A DNA stretch of 55,173 nucleotides, counting the filler, from Bipalium vagum (taxonomy: Eukaryota): the NCBI GenBank assembly GCA_037834085.1. It is 3 parts of 3 records of this genome, joined end to end, with 100 filler letters (N's around TTAATTAATTAA, not from the genome) between each part and the next. Parts side by side here need not be neighbours in the genome. Positions count along the whole stretch, not along the records: positions 1 to 19,542 come from JBBMKC010000548.1; positions 19,643 to 39,123 come from JBBMKC010002156.1; 1 more part is not named here. One strand, written 5' to 3'. The notes below the pieces were generated by a model, which was given only the letters and a program-made list of their open reading frames with translations, had not been told where the DNA came from and did not search any database. Shown here piece after piece: positions 13,501 through 26,769 of this stretch. Each line of letters begins with the position of its first letter. Positions within the stretch are counted from its first letter, which is position 1. The position numbers and the translations under genes were made by a program.

Positions 13501-16500
13501 ATTCTCCCTTTCCACTGGAAACCTACAAGTTAGTTTTATTAAAAAGATACTTTTATTGTTAAATGGTATTGATTTTGTGAGTAAATAATTCATTAATATA
13601 TAAAAATTTTATTATTATAGATTTATAATATTATTTGTTATTGAAAATATTTCCTTAAAATATTTTTTTCTCAAAAAAAGTCGATTCATCAAATATTGAA
13701 AGAAATGAAGAAATACATTAATTTAAATAAAAAAAAAACTGAAATTTCCCCTCAATGAAAACCATGCTACCATCTTTGTGACAGGGAAAATAATGATGAA
13801 AATTGATCAAAAAAGCTCCTAATGGACAAAAATAAAAACTGGGATTCTATCGTCTCAGTAATTACATTATTATGAAATAGAGATTGAAAACGTTCTTCGA
13901 AATGGAAAGTGCGCTGCAAGACTATTGAAAATACCTTTTTCATGAGGAAAAGTTAAAATAACAAAAAAACCCTAAACAAAATGAGCATAATGAATCAATA
14001 ATGGAAGTTAAATATTTCAGAGACGAGTTTCATTGACAATTGGTTATAGAGAATATTTTAATTTATTACCTTAAATAATTGTTTAATTATCTTAAATAAT
14101 AAATTTAAACAATAAAGAATTTGATTATAAAATAAAATATTGTGTAATAAAATTTCACAAAAAAATTAAATAAAATAAATAACAATTAAGATAAAATAAA
14201 ATCTGAAAATGATTTGTTAATTAAAACAATTGTTTCGTTTTGATATTTATTCTGGACACGTTGCTGAGCTGGTCGTAATGTTTGGGGAAAATAATTGAAA
14301 ATAAATCCCATTTAAGTTCACTCAAAATAATATTGATTTTTTTATAAAAATCAATTTGTTTAGAAAATTTTTCAATGCTGAGTCCAATGATAAAAATTAT
14401 AAATGATATTTAATAAATTAATTTTTAAATGAATTCAAGTTAAAATATGATTAAAATATTTATCAACAAGTAAATATAAATTACAATTAATTATGTCTCA
14501 TTATTCATGTCTCATAAGTACTGTTATTAAATTAATTAAAAAAAATTTTTCCTCGTCTTTGATATTTTATTCATCATAATTAAACCAAATTTAAAATTAA
14601 ATTTAAAATAATACTTCCAATTAAAACATTGAAAATTGAATAAACAAAATAAATTAAATTGATTTAAATGAAAAAGATAATAATAATAAAAATAATATAT
14701 TAGAATAATTGTATCAGATATTAAATAAAAAAATAATAAATAATTTTCAAAAAGAACATCAAATATTATCACATTAATTTGATATATTAATTTATTGTTT
14801 AAATTTCAGAACATAAATTTCTGTTATTTTATTTATTTTAAATTTCAGAAAAATATTTAATTAATTTTTGCGTCTGAAGATTTATAGAAACCCGAAAACT
14901 AAAAATAAAAGTTATTAAAAATTGATAATTAAAAATTAATTAAATTAATCTGTATTCAAATTTAATTAATGGGTAATAATATCAAAGGAAACTTTTTTAC
15001 AAGTCAAAATCAACATTTACCTGTGGTTTTAAGGACAGTAATGTGTCAAATAGCAGCCGCGTTTCTTGTATTTGTGAGGCTATGTCAGCGTTAGGGTGCT
15101 GTCCAAACGCTTCTGGATGATCAATGCTCGGTAGCATGGTGATAAATTCTCGGTAAGAATTGAGAGATCCGTCTCTTGGTACATAGTAAAATGAAAGACA
15201 CGACAATTTAAAGAAAGGCTCTTTGATGGTTTCTTCTCGGAAATATTCGGCAATATATGTGTTAAGCAGTCTTCTGTCACAGTCGTCTGTTACGTGACCT
15301 CCGTAATTAATGTCAGCAATTAAATATTTCAATGCGTCCCAAGGGGTGACTTCATACTGGTCTAAGTAATTTGATAATAAATTTTCAGAAACTTCGAAAT
15401 CAGAATCATTAAATTCATATGGAATATTCCATCCTAAAGTCAAAAACTTCCGTCTTTCTAATAACACAGAGTGAAAGAAACACAGTGAAAATAGCAATTT
15501 TTTATATTTTTCTGGTTTTCGACATGCCGAAAATTGATCCTCTTTAATCAGATGATAGAGACGTTTCAAGTTTGCTTTCAAACCTTTTGGCGGCTCCGTT
15601 GTCATTTTAATTCCACTTTGTAAAATTGAGATGGGAAATTCTGGATGTGGACTGGAACTCAGCCATAATCGGAATTTACTATTTCTTTCTTCTACCTGAA
15701 GTTCTTCAACTATTTTATCTAGTTGAGGCATCCATGACAATGACAAATGACAGTTTGCCAAAAATACCCAGTTCCCTTCTTTGACACCTTCATTAATCAT
15801 TCTCGTAGCTATTGGAGCCTGACCTTGACCCAATGATAAAGCATGGAAATTTTTGGCCATTCCAAGTGATTCTGCCAACTGGAGAAGACCACTTGTTGGA
15901 TCGACTCCAGGTGACAAGACAAATATGAGACAAGTGTTAGCACTGCTCTCATCAACAACTTGTTTGATATCAAGAACTGGTGGCTCCACAAATTTATTGC
16001 CAAGATTATTGATAATAAAACTTGTTGCACAGAAACTAACTCGATCCGGTCTCAGTGATCGAACAATGAGCATTCTTTGAAATTCATTTGTTGCATTGTC
16101 CCATTCACCGGGTAAAGAATTGCTTTCAGGTGCATCAGAAGTATACCATATATTCCAGTCTCTGGGATATTGTTCGAAAGACGTAATAAGTCCATGGAAA
16201 TTTGCTAATTTGTCCAGCTCTGATATATTATCCCAAGCTTGATCTGAGAGCCAATTAGGACAAGGATTGTCCATCTGATTCTCTCTATCAATAACAACTC
16301 CTCCTCTGAGGAAAAAATTGCATTCATCCATATTCATTTTACCAGCGGTCTGAAGAATTTTCGAACAGATCTGGAAAGAGAAAAGTAATTTGTGCTTTTC
16401 AAACAGACCTCTACAGGTGTAACAGTAGACAGCGTACGTATGATGATCATTGAGATTGGCAATTCGCTCTTCAAGTTTAGGACTTTTAATACTTTTATTA

Positions 16501-19218
16501 ATGCTCATATTGAAAAGATCAATGTAAGCATCAAGTGCAAATTGGTACATGGGATCAATCTTTCCAAGGTCGTTGAGAACAAAGAAGAGAATGGAAGCTC
16601 GCTGAGCACACGGAGCATATCCCTGTCGAGCAATATCTATAGCGATTTCCGTTTTCTCCGCTATCTGTAATTGTTCTGTCACTTCCTACAAAATGAAAAT
16701 CACAATGAAAAACAATGCTTCACCAAAAATGTTTAAATGAAAATTGTGAGGTTTATTTAACGAATACTTTTGTGCTATTCGAAAGAAACATTAAAATGAA
16801 ATGTTTGGAAATTGTATATTGAACATTGAAATCTTAAAAGGTTCTAATTAAAACAAATAACAAAAAAAATTTAACTAAAAAAGTTGAAATTATTTATACT
16901 TATTCGCAAACAATAAAAAATACTTAAAACATTCTGTTTTTAATATCAAGGTTCTGAAATAAGAAAGTGCAGGTTCTCACCGTAGATGTTATCTTGGACG
17001 TCTGTAATGTGTTGACCAACTGTTCATCATCCAGCAGTGAGCCTTGAGCTTCATTCAACAGTCTCAAAATCTCATCTTCCAGTTCAGCCAACTTCTTTTT
17101 ACCAGCAGCAATACTGATAACCAAATTATCTTTTTGTTCTTCTAATTCCGGTCTTTCCTTCCTCACGACTATACCTAAAAGCTGTGCTTCCAAGCCCTGT
17201 TCCTTTACTGCAAAATTAACAATAGCGGTCTTTGTACTTATTTCTGGAGTGTAATGAGGATTAGGTAGTTTAGTGGTGATGTAAAATCGGAAATCATAAT
17301 TATATTCTATTTCTTTGTCTCCCAACTTGATAACGGAAACACCACCGATTTTTACAATAGACTTATTCAAAATTGGATCCAAGCTAGGATCCAATTTTTC
17401 TTGAACATTCTGCAATAAAACAGGTTTTCCAAATTGAACTGCTCCTTCTAAAACACGAATGTAGTCAGGCATGTAAAGGTCGATGACTTGAAGTTTTTTT
17501 CCTTCCATTTGCTTAATCCACTTTTGTGCTTGACATTGAGGATCAACCATTAAAGGCCATCTGCTGCCTCTAGTAACTATCACTCCATTTTCCACAGAGA
17601 ATCCATCTCTAGGTAAACCTTGAATGTTCCAATTTCGAATCTATTTGAAAAAACATTATTTCTAATAAATGATATATAAAGAATGACCTGAGTAGGATTT
17701 GCAAGAAAATCAATAAAAGAAAATGAAGCATTGGTTGGTATTTGTTCTTTTTTAATTGCTTCCGTCCACTTACTAACCAAGGCTTCTCTATAATCACTCA
17801 AAAACGGTCCCATGTAAGATAAGAATGCAGCGGCTATTAAACAATCTCCAGGCAATAATCCTATTTGGTATTCTAGTTCTGCTACCGTCTTCTCCCATCT
17901 GTCCTTCTCGCCAGCAAGACCACTGACCAGTTTACTCGCACGGTCAAGCATTTTTTCTGTATGCTCAGCTTTGCGACGTAATTCCTCCTTTTGTTCCATC
18001 TTGAAAAAATAACAAAGCAGTTATATCCTTTTGTCAAAAGATCTTTTTCCAATATACCTTTTCGTTATATTCCTGTTGAAGGCGCCTCATTTCCTCCATT
18101 ACGGCATCTAATTTAGCTTGAGCAGCAGCTAATTGAGCTTGCTTTTCTCTAAGAACCGACTCTGCAGCCTGTAAACGTTGACGTTTTGGCTCTACTATTC
18201 GATATACTCTTCCATAGACCTCCATGGCTCCCACCCACATACATAAAGATTTAGCAGCCAAAGATACTTTACCAACCTAAAATTTCAAATAATGTGATTA
18301 TTATTGTTATAATAATTATTATTGGTATTAACATTATAATCATTACTAAATTTTCTTTTAAAAACTCAACATATTCAAATGAATTCATACTAATAATAAT
18401 AATTATTATAACATAATATTAGTATATAACAAAAATAATATATAGAATAATAATAAAAATAATAAAATTACCACATCCGGTTGGAAATCATCTTGAGCAC
18501 AATAGGTGCCTATTTTTTTTAGTGTTCGATCAGAAATGTTATCTTTGTCAAAGTTAATAAGTTGCTTAATGAAATCTTGTTCTCCTAAATGCTTCTTTGC
18601 TTCAGCCCAAGTTGGCTCAGCTCCTCTTAAAATCATCACAGCTTCCATGACCTGGATCCATTATATCAAAACCATACCCACGTATAAAAAAGTTATCTTA
18701 CTTTCTGCACAAGTGCTGGCGGCTTTCCATACGATTTGATTTCCGTAATGTCTTTTTTATTTAAAGATTCCAAAGCTTGCATAGCAGCTTCCAGAGCTGG
18801 CATAGCCTGTGCTAAATCAGTCAGAGCCAATTCTTGCATTTTTAAGCATTTTGCTTCATCGACCTTGATACGTTCTTGGGTTTGCATGACAGACTGTAAT
18901 CATAATCATTGTTTCATCAAAGAATAAATGGGTTTCAAAGTATTGTATAAATACCTTAGCTTGATCGTCTGCTTCTCTTTTCTGTTGAACAATAACAACA
19001 AGATAATCATCGCACTCCTTTTGGAAAACTGCTAATTTCTTCCTGGCCTCCTCCAATTCCACAGACATTACTACGAAAAAACAAATTCATTTCTCATTGT
19101 TTATAATGTGCACCAAATGAAACCTTCAACTTTAGCTCGAGTTTCGTCGATCTTCCCCAACCCATTTTTCAATTTATTAGCAGAGTCACTAAGCTGCTTA
19201 CGTTTTTCCAACAAAAGC
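10509..19218 (-). CDS. DNAH2: Axonemal dynein heavy chain, DNAH2-like (inner-arm I1/f beta); C-terminal ~1430 aa (stalk/MTBD, AAA5, AAA6, C-terminal domain), 5'-truncated at the contig end
   Basis: 11 phase-compatible GT-AG exons totalling 4300 nt: 19218-19124, 19070-18955, 18893-18702, 18651-18472, 18276-18058, 17999-17688, 17640-16981, 16685-15021, 13522-13220, 11803-11401, 10663-10509. Motifs: EIKSYGKPP (MTBD), [69 protein letters not shown], and C-terminal CPCYYYPNR...[15 protein letters not shown] typical of DNAH2. Confidence 0.95.
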
Positions 19219-19469
19219 CTAAATATAAACAATTGATTAAACTTAAATATCATCATATTTTTCCATGATTATATATTTATATTCGAGATTTAATTGATAG
19301 TTAATCCTAATGGATATGAAGGTAATTTCTAATTTAATTAAAATATCCCATTTGATGAGATTAAAAACAGCTTTACCTCATTTCCATAATCATTAATACA
19401 ATAATGGATCAAATATTCAAACTAAAAATGAAAATAGAAAATATGATAACAAAAATAAAATAATTCGAA

Positions 19470-19492
19470 TAATAATAATAATAATAATAGTA

Positions 19493-19531
<39 letters not shown>

Positions 19532-19542
19532 GTAATAATAAT
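19470..19542. repeat. (AAT)n microsatellite at contig end
   Basis: AAT/AGT trinucleotide run abutting the spacer. Confidence 0.95.
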
Positions 19543-19642
19543 NNNNNNNNNNNNNNNNNNNNNNNNNNNNNNNNNNNNNNNNNNNNTTAATTAATTAANN
19601 NNNNNNNNNNNNNNNNNNNNNNNNNNNNNNNNNNNNNNNNNN
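19543..19642. other. Artificial contig-concatenation spacer (44N-TTAATTAATTAA-44N)
   Basis: Exactly 100 nt, and the 12-mer places stop codons in all six frames. An identical spacer lies at 39124-39223, and the dynein gene stops here. Confidence 0.97.
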
Positions 19643-19676
19643 TAATATAATATAATATAATATAATATAATATAAT
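19643..19676. repeat. (TAATA)n pentanucleotide repeat at contig start
   Basis: taatataatataata... of about 6-7 units. Confidence 0.9.
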
Positions 19677-21743
19677 TATTTGTAATTATTTATAAAATAT
19701 TATTTACTATGTATACATAATTATATTTTTCGAGTAAACGCTTTTTTCAAATTTTAAATGTTATTATTATTTTTTTATTATTTATATAAGGTACCAGCTG
19801 CTACAAAATATCATTACTGTGAAGAAATTTGGATAATTCTTGATTATACTCTTATTGAATAAACAAGGAAAAATGAAATGTGCTCTTAGGACAAAAGAAA
19901 TAAAAAAGTAGAAATTCCAAAAATGTCAAAAAATATGAAATGTTATTTAGTTTATTTTTATTTTAATTAAGAAATAATTTTTGCATAATAATAAAATATA
20001 AAATAAAAATAAAAAAGAAATATTAAATTAAATATTATTAATTAATTAAATAAATCAAATTATGGTTGCTCATGGAATTATAAAAAAATAGAAAATGATC
20101 CGATTATTTAACAAGATACATTTCGTTCAATGTTTATTGGTATTTCTTGTTTGAAGATGTGATACAAAACATATCTCCGTCTCCTTTGTTTTTCTGTGAA
20201 TATTATTATATATATTTATAATATAAACAGTGAGCGAATAAAACATGTCAATGTATAACGTTGTTCCAATATAAAGTCAGGTCATTAGAATAATGAGAAG
20301 TGCTTCCATTTATGAATAATTTGCATAATTTACGTTTTCCGTTTGGTTCAACATAGCAAATCGAAATCAATAATTATTTTTAATAATTATGTTTATGGTC
20401 ACTAAAATCATTATGAACACTTCCGATTCTATTCCGATTTCATTTCGTCGAAAATGGATATGAAATCATGTGGGCATTATTAGGAAACAATAACTTTATG
20501 ATATTTGTAAAAGGGCCCAGTTACACAGAGTAACCGAGAATGGCTTTTAGATACATATTCTTTCAGTGAGGTTAGAAATTGGATCACAAGCAATTTTATA
20601 TTTTGTAAATTGTTTTAATACATTCAAAAGCTTACTCAAAAATGTAATATAATTTAACAGTTTACTGTGACAGAAATGTTCTCTTTAGTTTAAATCAAAT
20701 ATTAATTAAAACAATTTGTTCGAACTTTCCCGTTTTTCCGATCATTGTATGTTTTGTCACTGGAAAAGGTACAGCTTGAGCAAAGATTATTGTTTTATTT
20801 TGTCTTTAATTTTTAATGTGTATTTTATGACCTTGGTTCATTCAGTTATTAGAAATAGTTCACAGTACTCACCCCTTCTGCATTTTCTTTGAGTTAATTT
20901 AAGGTTTTCATTCTGCTATTGACCTGGAAACAAAAATATGAAGTCTCATGTGGTCCATCACTGGTTCTAACATTTAATACATCATATTTTCGGTAAATAT
21001 TACACAAATATGACATAAGCAGGGGAAAATAATCATTTAAAGCTATTATACATAGAATGACTGTTACATATTTATTCGCTGATTTACCCTCTCTGAAACC
21101 CTTTTACAATGTATATCGTCAGTTGTTAAATAAACGTACAGATGTCACTGTCCTTTGAGAAACATATTTTCCTTTTCGATATGTTTATTTATTTATTGTG
21201 TACAAGATTTATATTATTATAGGTGATCGAAGTCATAAGTGTATAGCCATATAAATCCAATTAAGACATCCAGTCCACATTTCAGAGAACACAAAGATCT
21301 TATTCAAAAAAGTTCTAATATGATAAATAAGATAAATCAATTTTTCCAAAATAATTCTAAAGGAAAACAAAGAATTCATAAATATCCCTGGTGAAAAACA
21401 ATTATTAAAACTCCTGGAGAAAAGCAGTCAACAAAATAATAATAATTTTGACTCAAGTTTGATTAAAATGTGATATTTTTAATATTATTATGGAAAAGAA
21501 CAATACCCCCAACGTTACCCACAACGTAGCATTTGAAGTCGCTGTGTGAGGACTAGAGATAATTAATGAGTTCTTCAATGTGGACATGGATTTAGTTTTC
21601 CGTAAATAAAAATAATACTTATTTTCATGAAACTTAACTAAAGGCTTCTAAATACAAGGGGATCCAAACAGGCAGTTATAGGTTTGAGTAAGTATGTATA
21701 TTTCAAGTTTCCTTAACAAATATGAAATAATTTGATAAATTAC

Positions 21744-21954
21744 TTCAATTCTCCAAATGAACAGTGCTGGATGGTTACAAACTTTAGCCTTGTCCCATGC
21801 TTTTTCAGTTTCGGCCGATGTTTCTGAAGAAATGCACGTAATGTTTTACTACCTAAACAACAATTGTTTACTTACTTTTAACAGATCGATCTTCTGTTGT
21901 ACCAATGAGCTCAACATTAGAATCTTTCCAGTCATACTTTTTACTTTTTTGCAT
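21744..21954 (-). pseudogene. Gelsolin/severin-like paralog, exons 1-2 only (truncated copy, or gene continuing beyond the contig)
   Basis: Exons 21954-21876 and 21823-21744 encode [53 protein letters not shown]. Intron phases and the 80-nt exon 2 match the gene at 27633. No exon 3 (KFKVVEWP...GDSYI) was found between 21743 and 19643. Confidence 0.85.
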
Positions 21955-23599
21955 TTTAGTAAAATTGATAAAGAAGAAGTACTTTGGCAAGTATGAAAAA
22001 TAAAAATGGAAATTGTTTTATAATAAATATGACAATAGCATAAATTATTTATCTTTTCAGCCAATCAAAAGAGAGCTCTTATTAAATTTGCTAACCACAA
22101 TTGGATCAACAATTGAAAATGATCAGAATCTTAAATGTGATCTTGAATCACATTGTTTCAAGGACTAGCTTTTTAATATGTTGGAATTAGTCACTTTATG
22201 ATTTTTTATACTAAGTTTTTAATAGTTCCAACTCATTCAACTACTGTACAATCTCTCTTTACAACCACCAGAATGATCGACTATTATTAAAAATTTAAGT
22301 AATAAATAAAAATGATAATAATATGGAAGCCAAATATATTTTTCAGTAGACTACTACTGTCTACTAACAATATAACCGTTATGAATAATTACATATTGAA
22401 GTTTGACAACCCAAGAACTATGAATATATAATGTCGAGAAACATTGTATTAAAGAGAGCGTATAGAAACCATTGATCTAAGGTAGTACTTGCTTATGGTG
22501 AAGATCGCGTCAAATGAATGATGAAAACCTAAATCAATATGATCAGCGATTCTTCATATGAAAATGTCTTTGGTCATAATTACAAGTCACAAAAATAAAC
22601 GATTATTTGGCAAGTTAAAACATCGAATTAACCATGTGATATCTTCATAAGGTCTACCATAAACATAAATTGCGTGATCAATTCTTTTCAAATTATTACT
22701 TTTGAAAAAATTGAAATAAAAAATAGTAATTAAAACTGGAAAGAAATCGAATTTAATATTTTTAAAGGTTTAGTTTCTAATTATTGTAGGACAAATAAAT
22801 TCATTAATTTTTTCTAATTATTTTTAATTAAAATGGTAAAATCATTAAATAATTTTGCATCGATTTTAATAAAATATTTTTTTATTTTCAGATTTATTTT
22901 TAATATTTTATTTTAATAAATTTTAAAACCATAACTTAATTTTTTTACTAATATCAAAAAAATCGATTATTATAAAATTATTATAAAATTTTCTGGATAC
23001 TAGGCAATTAAAATTTTCATATATAAAATGCGGTCCTCATCAATTTTTATTTTTTAAATTTTACTTTATTTGGCAAATTTGAATGTTTATTTTTATAAAT
23101 TTTCCATTTCTTTCAATTTATCAGTCGGTAAATATTTCTGAAAAAATATAATTTTGTTAATATTCAGAAACAATATACGTATATTTTCTGCTTATTTTTT
23201 GCCTTTGACTCCACTGTTTTATTCGAAAAATTTATTTGATAACTGCTAACTGAAGAATAAATGTAACAAATAATCTCTGAAGGGTCAATCACTTTTGATC
23301 CGACCAATTCATCCTTTCAGTTTGATCGATTCACTTTCGAATTCTATTCTATCTTCAATTTCACCACAATTTTAAGTTCAAAATTTTCAACTTACTCTCT
23401 TGTGTCCTACAGAGATTCAGCTACTCCATTATATAACCTATCCGTTAGTTAATGGAGAATCTTGGAGTTTTTAATTATCAAGCTCAGCCCGAACGTATTT
23501 GTCTAAGATGAATAATCAATTTTTTTAAGTACCCTAAATAAAGAACTTTAAATAATAAATGTTTTATTTTTATTATTATTTTAGGACTACAGGAATTGT

Positions 23600-24260
23600 C
23601 AGACAGTTACGACAGTCTGTTATAAAAAAGAGGCAATTGAATCGATTTGTAGAAATCGCAATTTCCGCTAGTTGACTGTTTGAAAATGTAAAATATTTCT
23701 CATCATTCATTATGATCACTTTTCCACTGGTGAAGTACTTCAATCGTCTTGCTCAACAACATCTTGGTATTTTTCAATTTGGACATCAGTATATTTTTGA
23801 ATTTTGACGATTTTGATATTTTAGATCTTTTTCTTCATTACTCAACTGATTCCCATACGTGACACTCTAAATGTTTTGAATAATGCACGCGTAGACAACC
23901 CATATCATTTTTTTGACAGTTTGTGCCAGAATTCTCTGTTTTGATGAGTCCAAAGCATAAGGTCTACATTTCTTCTTCTTTCTTTCGACTGGGATATTAT
24001 TTTTTCAATCATGATTTGCACGATATTTACTTGCTTTTGAAATATTTGTTCTTATATATCTCAACAACTTAGCGGTTTTTAAATATGCTTCCAATCAATT
24101 GATATATAATTTCTCTTAATTCTAATTTTGATGACATTTCAAATAATAAGCAAAACGGAAATACATCTATAAGTAAAATATAGACCATATTAATTGATTT
24201 AAACAAATACCAAGATATTAAAACATGTCAGAAAGTAAGTTAAAATGACTGGACATTTTT
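23600..24260 (-). mobile_element. Decayed Tc1/mariner-superfamily (DD37E/maT-like) transposase relic
   Basis: The minus strand gives MSSKLELREIIYQLI..., ERKKKKCRP (RKxGSGRP-like) and KVIIMNDEKYFTFSNS (MDDEKYF catalytic motif). Confidence 0.6.
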
Positions 24261-24719
24261 CTCAAAATTTTTGTTACTCCCGTTATATAGAAGTATTTAA
24301 TTTCTTAATTCATTTACAGTATTCGATTATTTGATTCACTTTCCATTACCTTTCCATTGTCTTTTTTACTTTGGTTTTCAGCTGATAGTTTACATTATTT
24401 GATTTTGTACTCAGATTATTCTTACGAGAGTGCTATTGATTTTTTTTTGTGTTTATTATGAATTTTCATTTTGAATTTTTAAATAAAATTTATAGTGATT
24501 TCGGTTTTTCTGTAATGGAGACTCGACAAGTAACGAACTCACTGGATTCGTTACTGTTACACGGCATTTTAAAATAATTAATATAAGTTTATTAAAATAT
24601 ATAATCCAATAATAATAACCAAATTAAAACTATTAAATGGTATGTTTTATTTACACTAAAATTATCTGCTAAAGGCTTTAATTAGGTATCCTTGCATATT
24701 TCTAAAGAATCCTTGGTAC

Positions 24720-25517
24720 TTTTCTCTTTTAATGTTATTGGAAATTGATATTTGTCTTGTAATTCTCCAGGATTACTACAATTATATCACCTTATTTTTT
24801 CCTTGCAAGCACTGAATGTTTCCTCAGTTGGATCGAGCTGAGGCGTATAAAGTGAGAGATAAAGAAGTGTGTCCACTTTTTAAAACAGCGTTTTATATAG
24901 TGCGTGCTTATGAAATGAGACATTTCAATATTAAGCTGATTGAGCTTGTGCATAGTTAACGAAGAAATATGTTGACTCGCGTTATCTTGCAGAATAACTA
25001 TTCCTTTATGATTGATCAAACAAGAGGTATTTCATTACGTTTCTCATGAGTAACTTTTCGTTCACTGCAGTTCTTTTCTGAGGTAATTGTTTCGCCTGCT
25101 TTTAAAAGGTTGTGGTGAATGATTTCTTGTGTGCTCCAACACACAGTTAGCAAGACTTTTTAACGTCGAATCGGTTTTGGAATGAGTTTTGGAGCCTCGT
25201 TACTACCTAACCACCGTTTCTGATCGCTTCATATTATCAAAAAGAACCCCTTTCATTCACAGTGTTTTATTAAAACGCTATGTTGATGTTTTCTGTATCT
25301 TTCTTGAAGTTATTACACAATTTGTATTCTTAAAAAAGAATGAGACGTTTTTGATGTTGATGTTTTCCATTTTAAAATGAATCTTTTAATAATAGGGTTA
25401 AATGATATTTTTAGAAAAAATGTAAATACTGAAAGTATAAAACTTACATTTTTAAATGATATCAATGACCTTTAAATGGTGATGTGAAAATTAGTAACTT
25501 CTTTTGAAAGAACCTAA
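24720..25517 (-). mobile_element. Degenerate mariner relic with one recognisable TIR
   Basis: Remnants VLFDNMKR, EAPKLIPKP, KVLLTVCWS, GETITSEK and KGIVILQDNASQH. TIR end ...cttttgaaagaacctaa-TA at 25495-25519. Confidence 0.75.
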
Positions 25518-25521
25518 TATA

Positions 25522-26769
25522 TTATGTTGGTGCAAAAATAATAACTTCAAATTTAGCATATCATAAGTCGGAACAGACAAATATTTATTAATCAAAGTAA
25601 CATCCTTGTGATTCCACATATTTCTGCCAACGCAAAATAAGCTTGTTGATACCAGAAACATAGAAATCCGTTTGTGTGCACCTCACAAATTCCAAGAAGG
25701 CGTTTTCAGCGCCGGCTCGGTTGTTGAAGCACTTACCTTGAAGGAGGTTTTGTAGATATTTGAAAAAGTTGGACTCTGTTGGTGCTAAGTCTGGGGAATA
25801 TGGTGAATGGGGCAGAATTTCGTAACCCAGTTCGTTAAATTTCCGCAAGGTTGATATTGAGGTGTGTGGTCTGGCATTATTCTGGAGAATGATTGGTCCT
25901 TTTCTGTTTACCAAAGCTGGACTCAAAATTTGTAATTTTGGTGCATATCGTTGATTTGCTGACAGTAACTGTTTGATCGTTTTTTCAGGATCCAGGAAAT
26001 TGAAATGGATTAAACCATGTACTCACCACCAAACAGTTATCATTACCTTTTTCTGTTGCAATTTTTGTTTCGGAAAGGTTTTTGGAGGCTCACTTTGTCC
26101 AGCCATTGACCAGAGCGTTGCCTATTATCGTACAAGATCCATTTCTCATCACATGTTACAATTCTATTGAGAAATGGATTGTTCTTGTTACGGAAAAGAA
26201 GGGAAGACGCAACTTCAAAGCGACGTAATTTTTTGTTTGCATTGAGGTCGTGTGGCACCCATTTGTCCAGCTTCTTCACTTTTCCAATTTGTCCTAGGTG
26301 TCTCACAATTGTTGAATGGTGAACTTGAAGTTCTTTTGCAAATTCTCTTGTGTTTTTCGATTCGATTCGGTTTACAGATTCGATGGCAGCCTCTAATTGA
26401 TCATTTTCTACAGCTGATGGACGTCCACGACCTTCTTTATCCTCCAAACTTTTGTTCATGCTTCCTATGCCACATACTGCATTAATATTTCATGCTGTTT
26501 CCGGAGCGATTCTGCCTAGCTTGAACTCATAAAATTATATTTTACGGAAGTCCTTTTTCGAAATCTAAAACACAGTTTTCATTTCTAAATAAATTATGAA
26601 ATATTTAAATTTAACTTTAAATTATTATTTAATTAATGCTCTTAAACAAGTGAATATTACTAAGAATAACAATTAGATTTTAACAAGTGTATTGTTTAGT
26701 TAAAAAAATGTTTTAGTTAAAAAATGCTTTAGTTTATCAAAAAGATGCATTATTTTTGCACCAACCTAT
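25522..26769 (-). mobile_element. Near-full-length (1248 bp) mariner, cecropia/Hsmar1-like TIRs; inactive transposase pseudogene
   Basis: TIRs ttatgttggtgcaaaaataat (25522) and attatttttgcaccaacctat (to 26769), with TA target duplications. ORF pieces GRGRPS, KWVPHDL, RIVTCDEKWILYDN, LQNNARPH, HSPYSPDLAPTESNFF and RWQKYVESQGCYFD. Contains stops, frameshifts and a deletion in the first HTH. Confidence 0.95.

Noticed and set aside
14536-14772. Hydrophobic F/Y/L/I-rich ORFs here and elsewhere (e.g. 9934-10137, 54005-54256) as small membrane proteins
   Set aside because: Expected by chance in very AT-rich intronic or UTR DNA, with no splice or homology support.
15080-18927. Short ORFs in the track overlapping dynein exons (e.g. 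15853-16080 +, 16392-16670 +, 18506-18739 +)
   Set aside because: Antisense or alternate-frame shadows of the dynein CDS with no recognisable motifs.
10509-19218. Naturally truncated 'mini-dynein' lacking the tail and AAA1-4
   Set aside because: The first visible exon begins with a splice acceptor about 320 nt from the contig end, so the truncation is due to the assembly.
19587-19598. TTAATTAATTAA palindrome repeated at 39168-39179, resembling piggyBac TTAA sites or a regulatory element
   Set aside because: It is centred in exactly 44+44 Ns both times, so it is an artificial six-frame-stop linker.
23150-23500. YNGVAES, integrase-like (NGVAER), on the minus strand
   Set aside because: Too degraded to support a feature.
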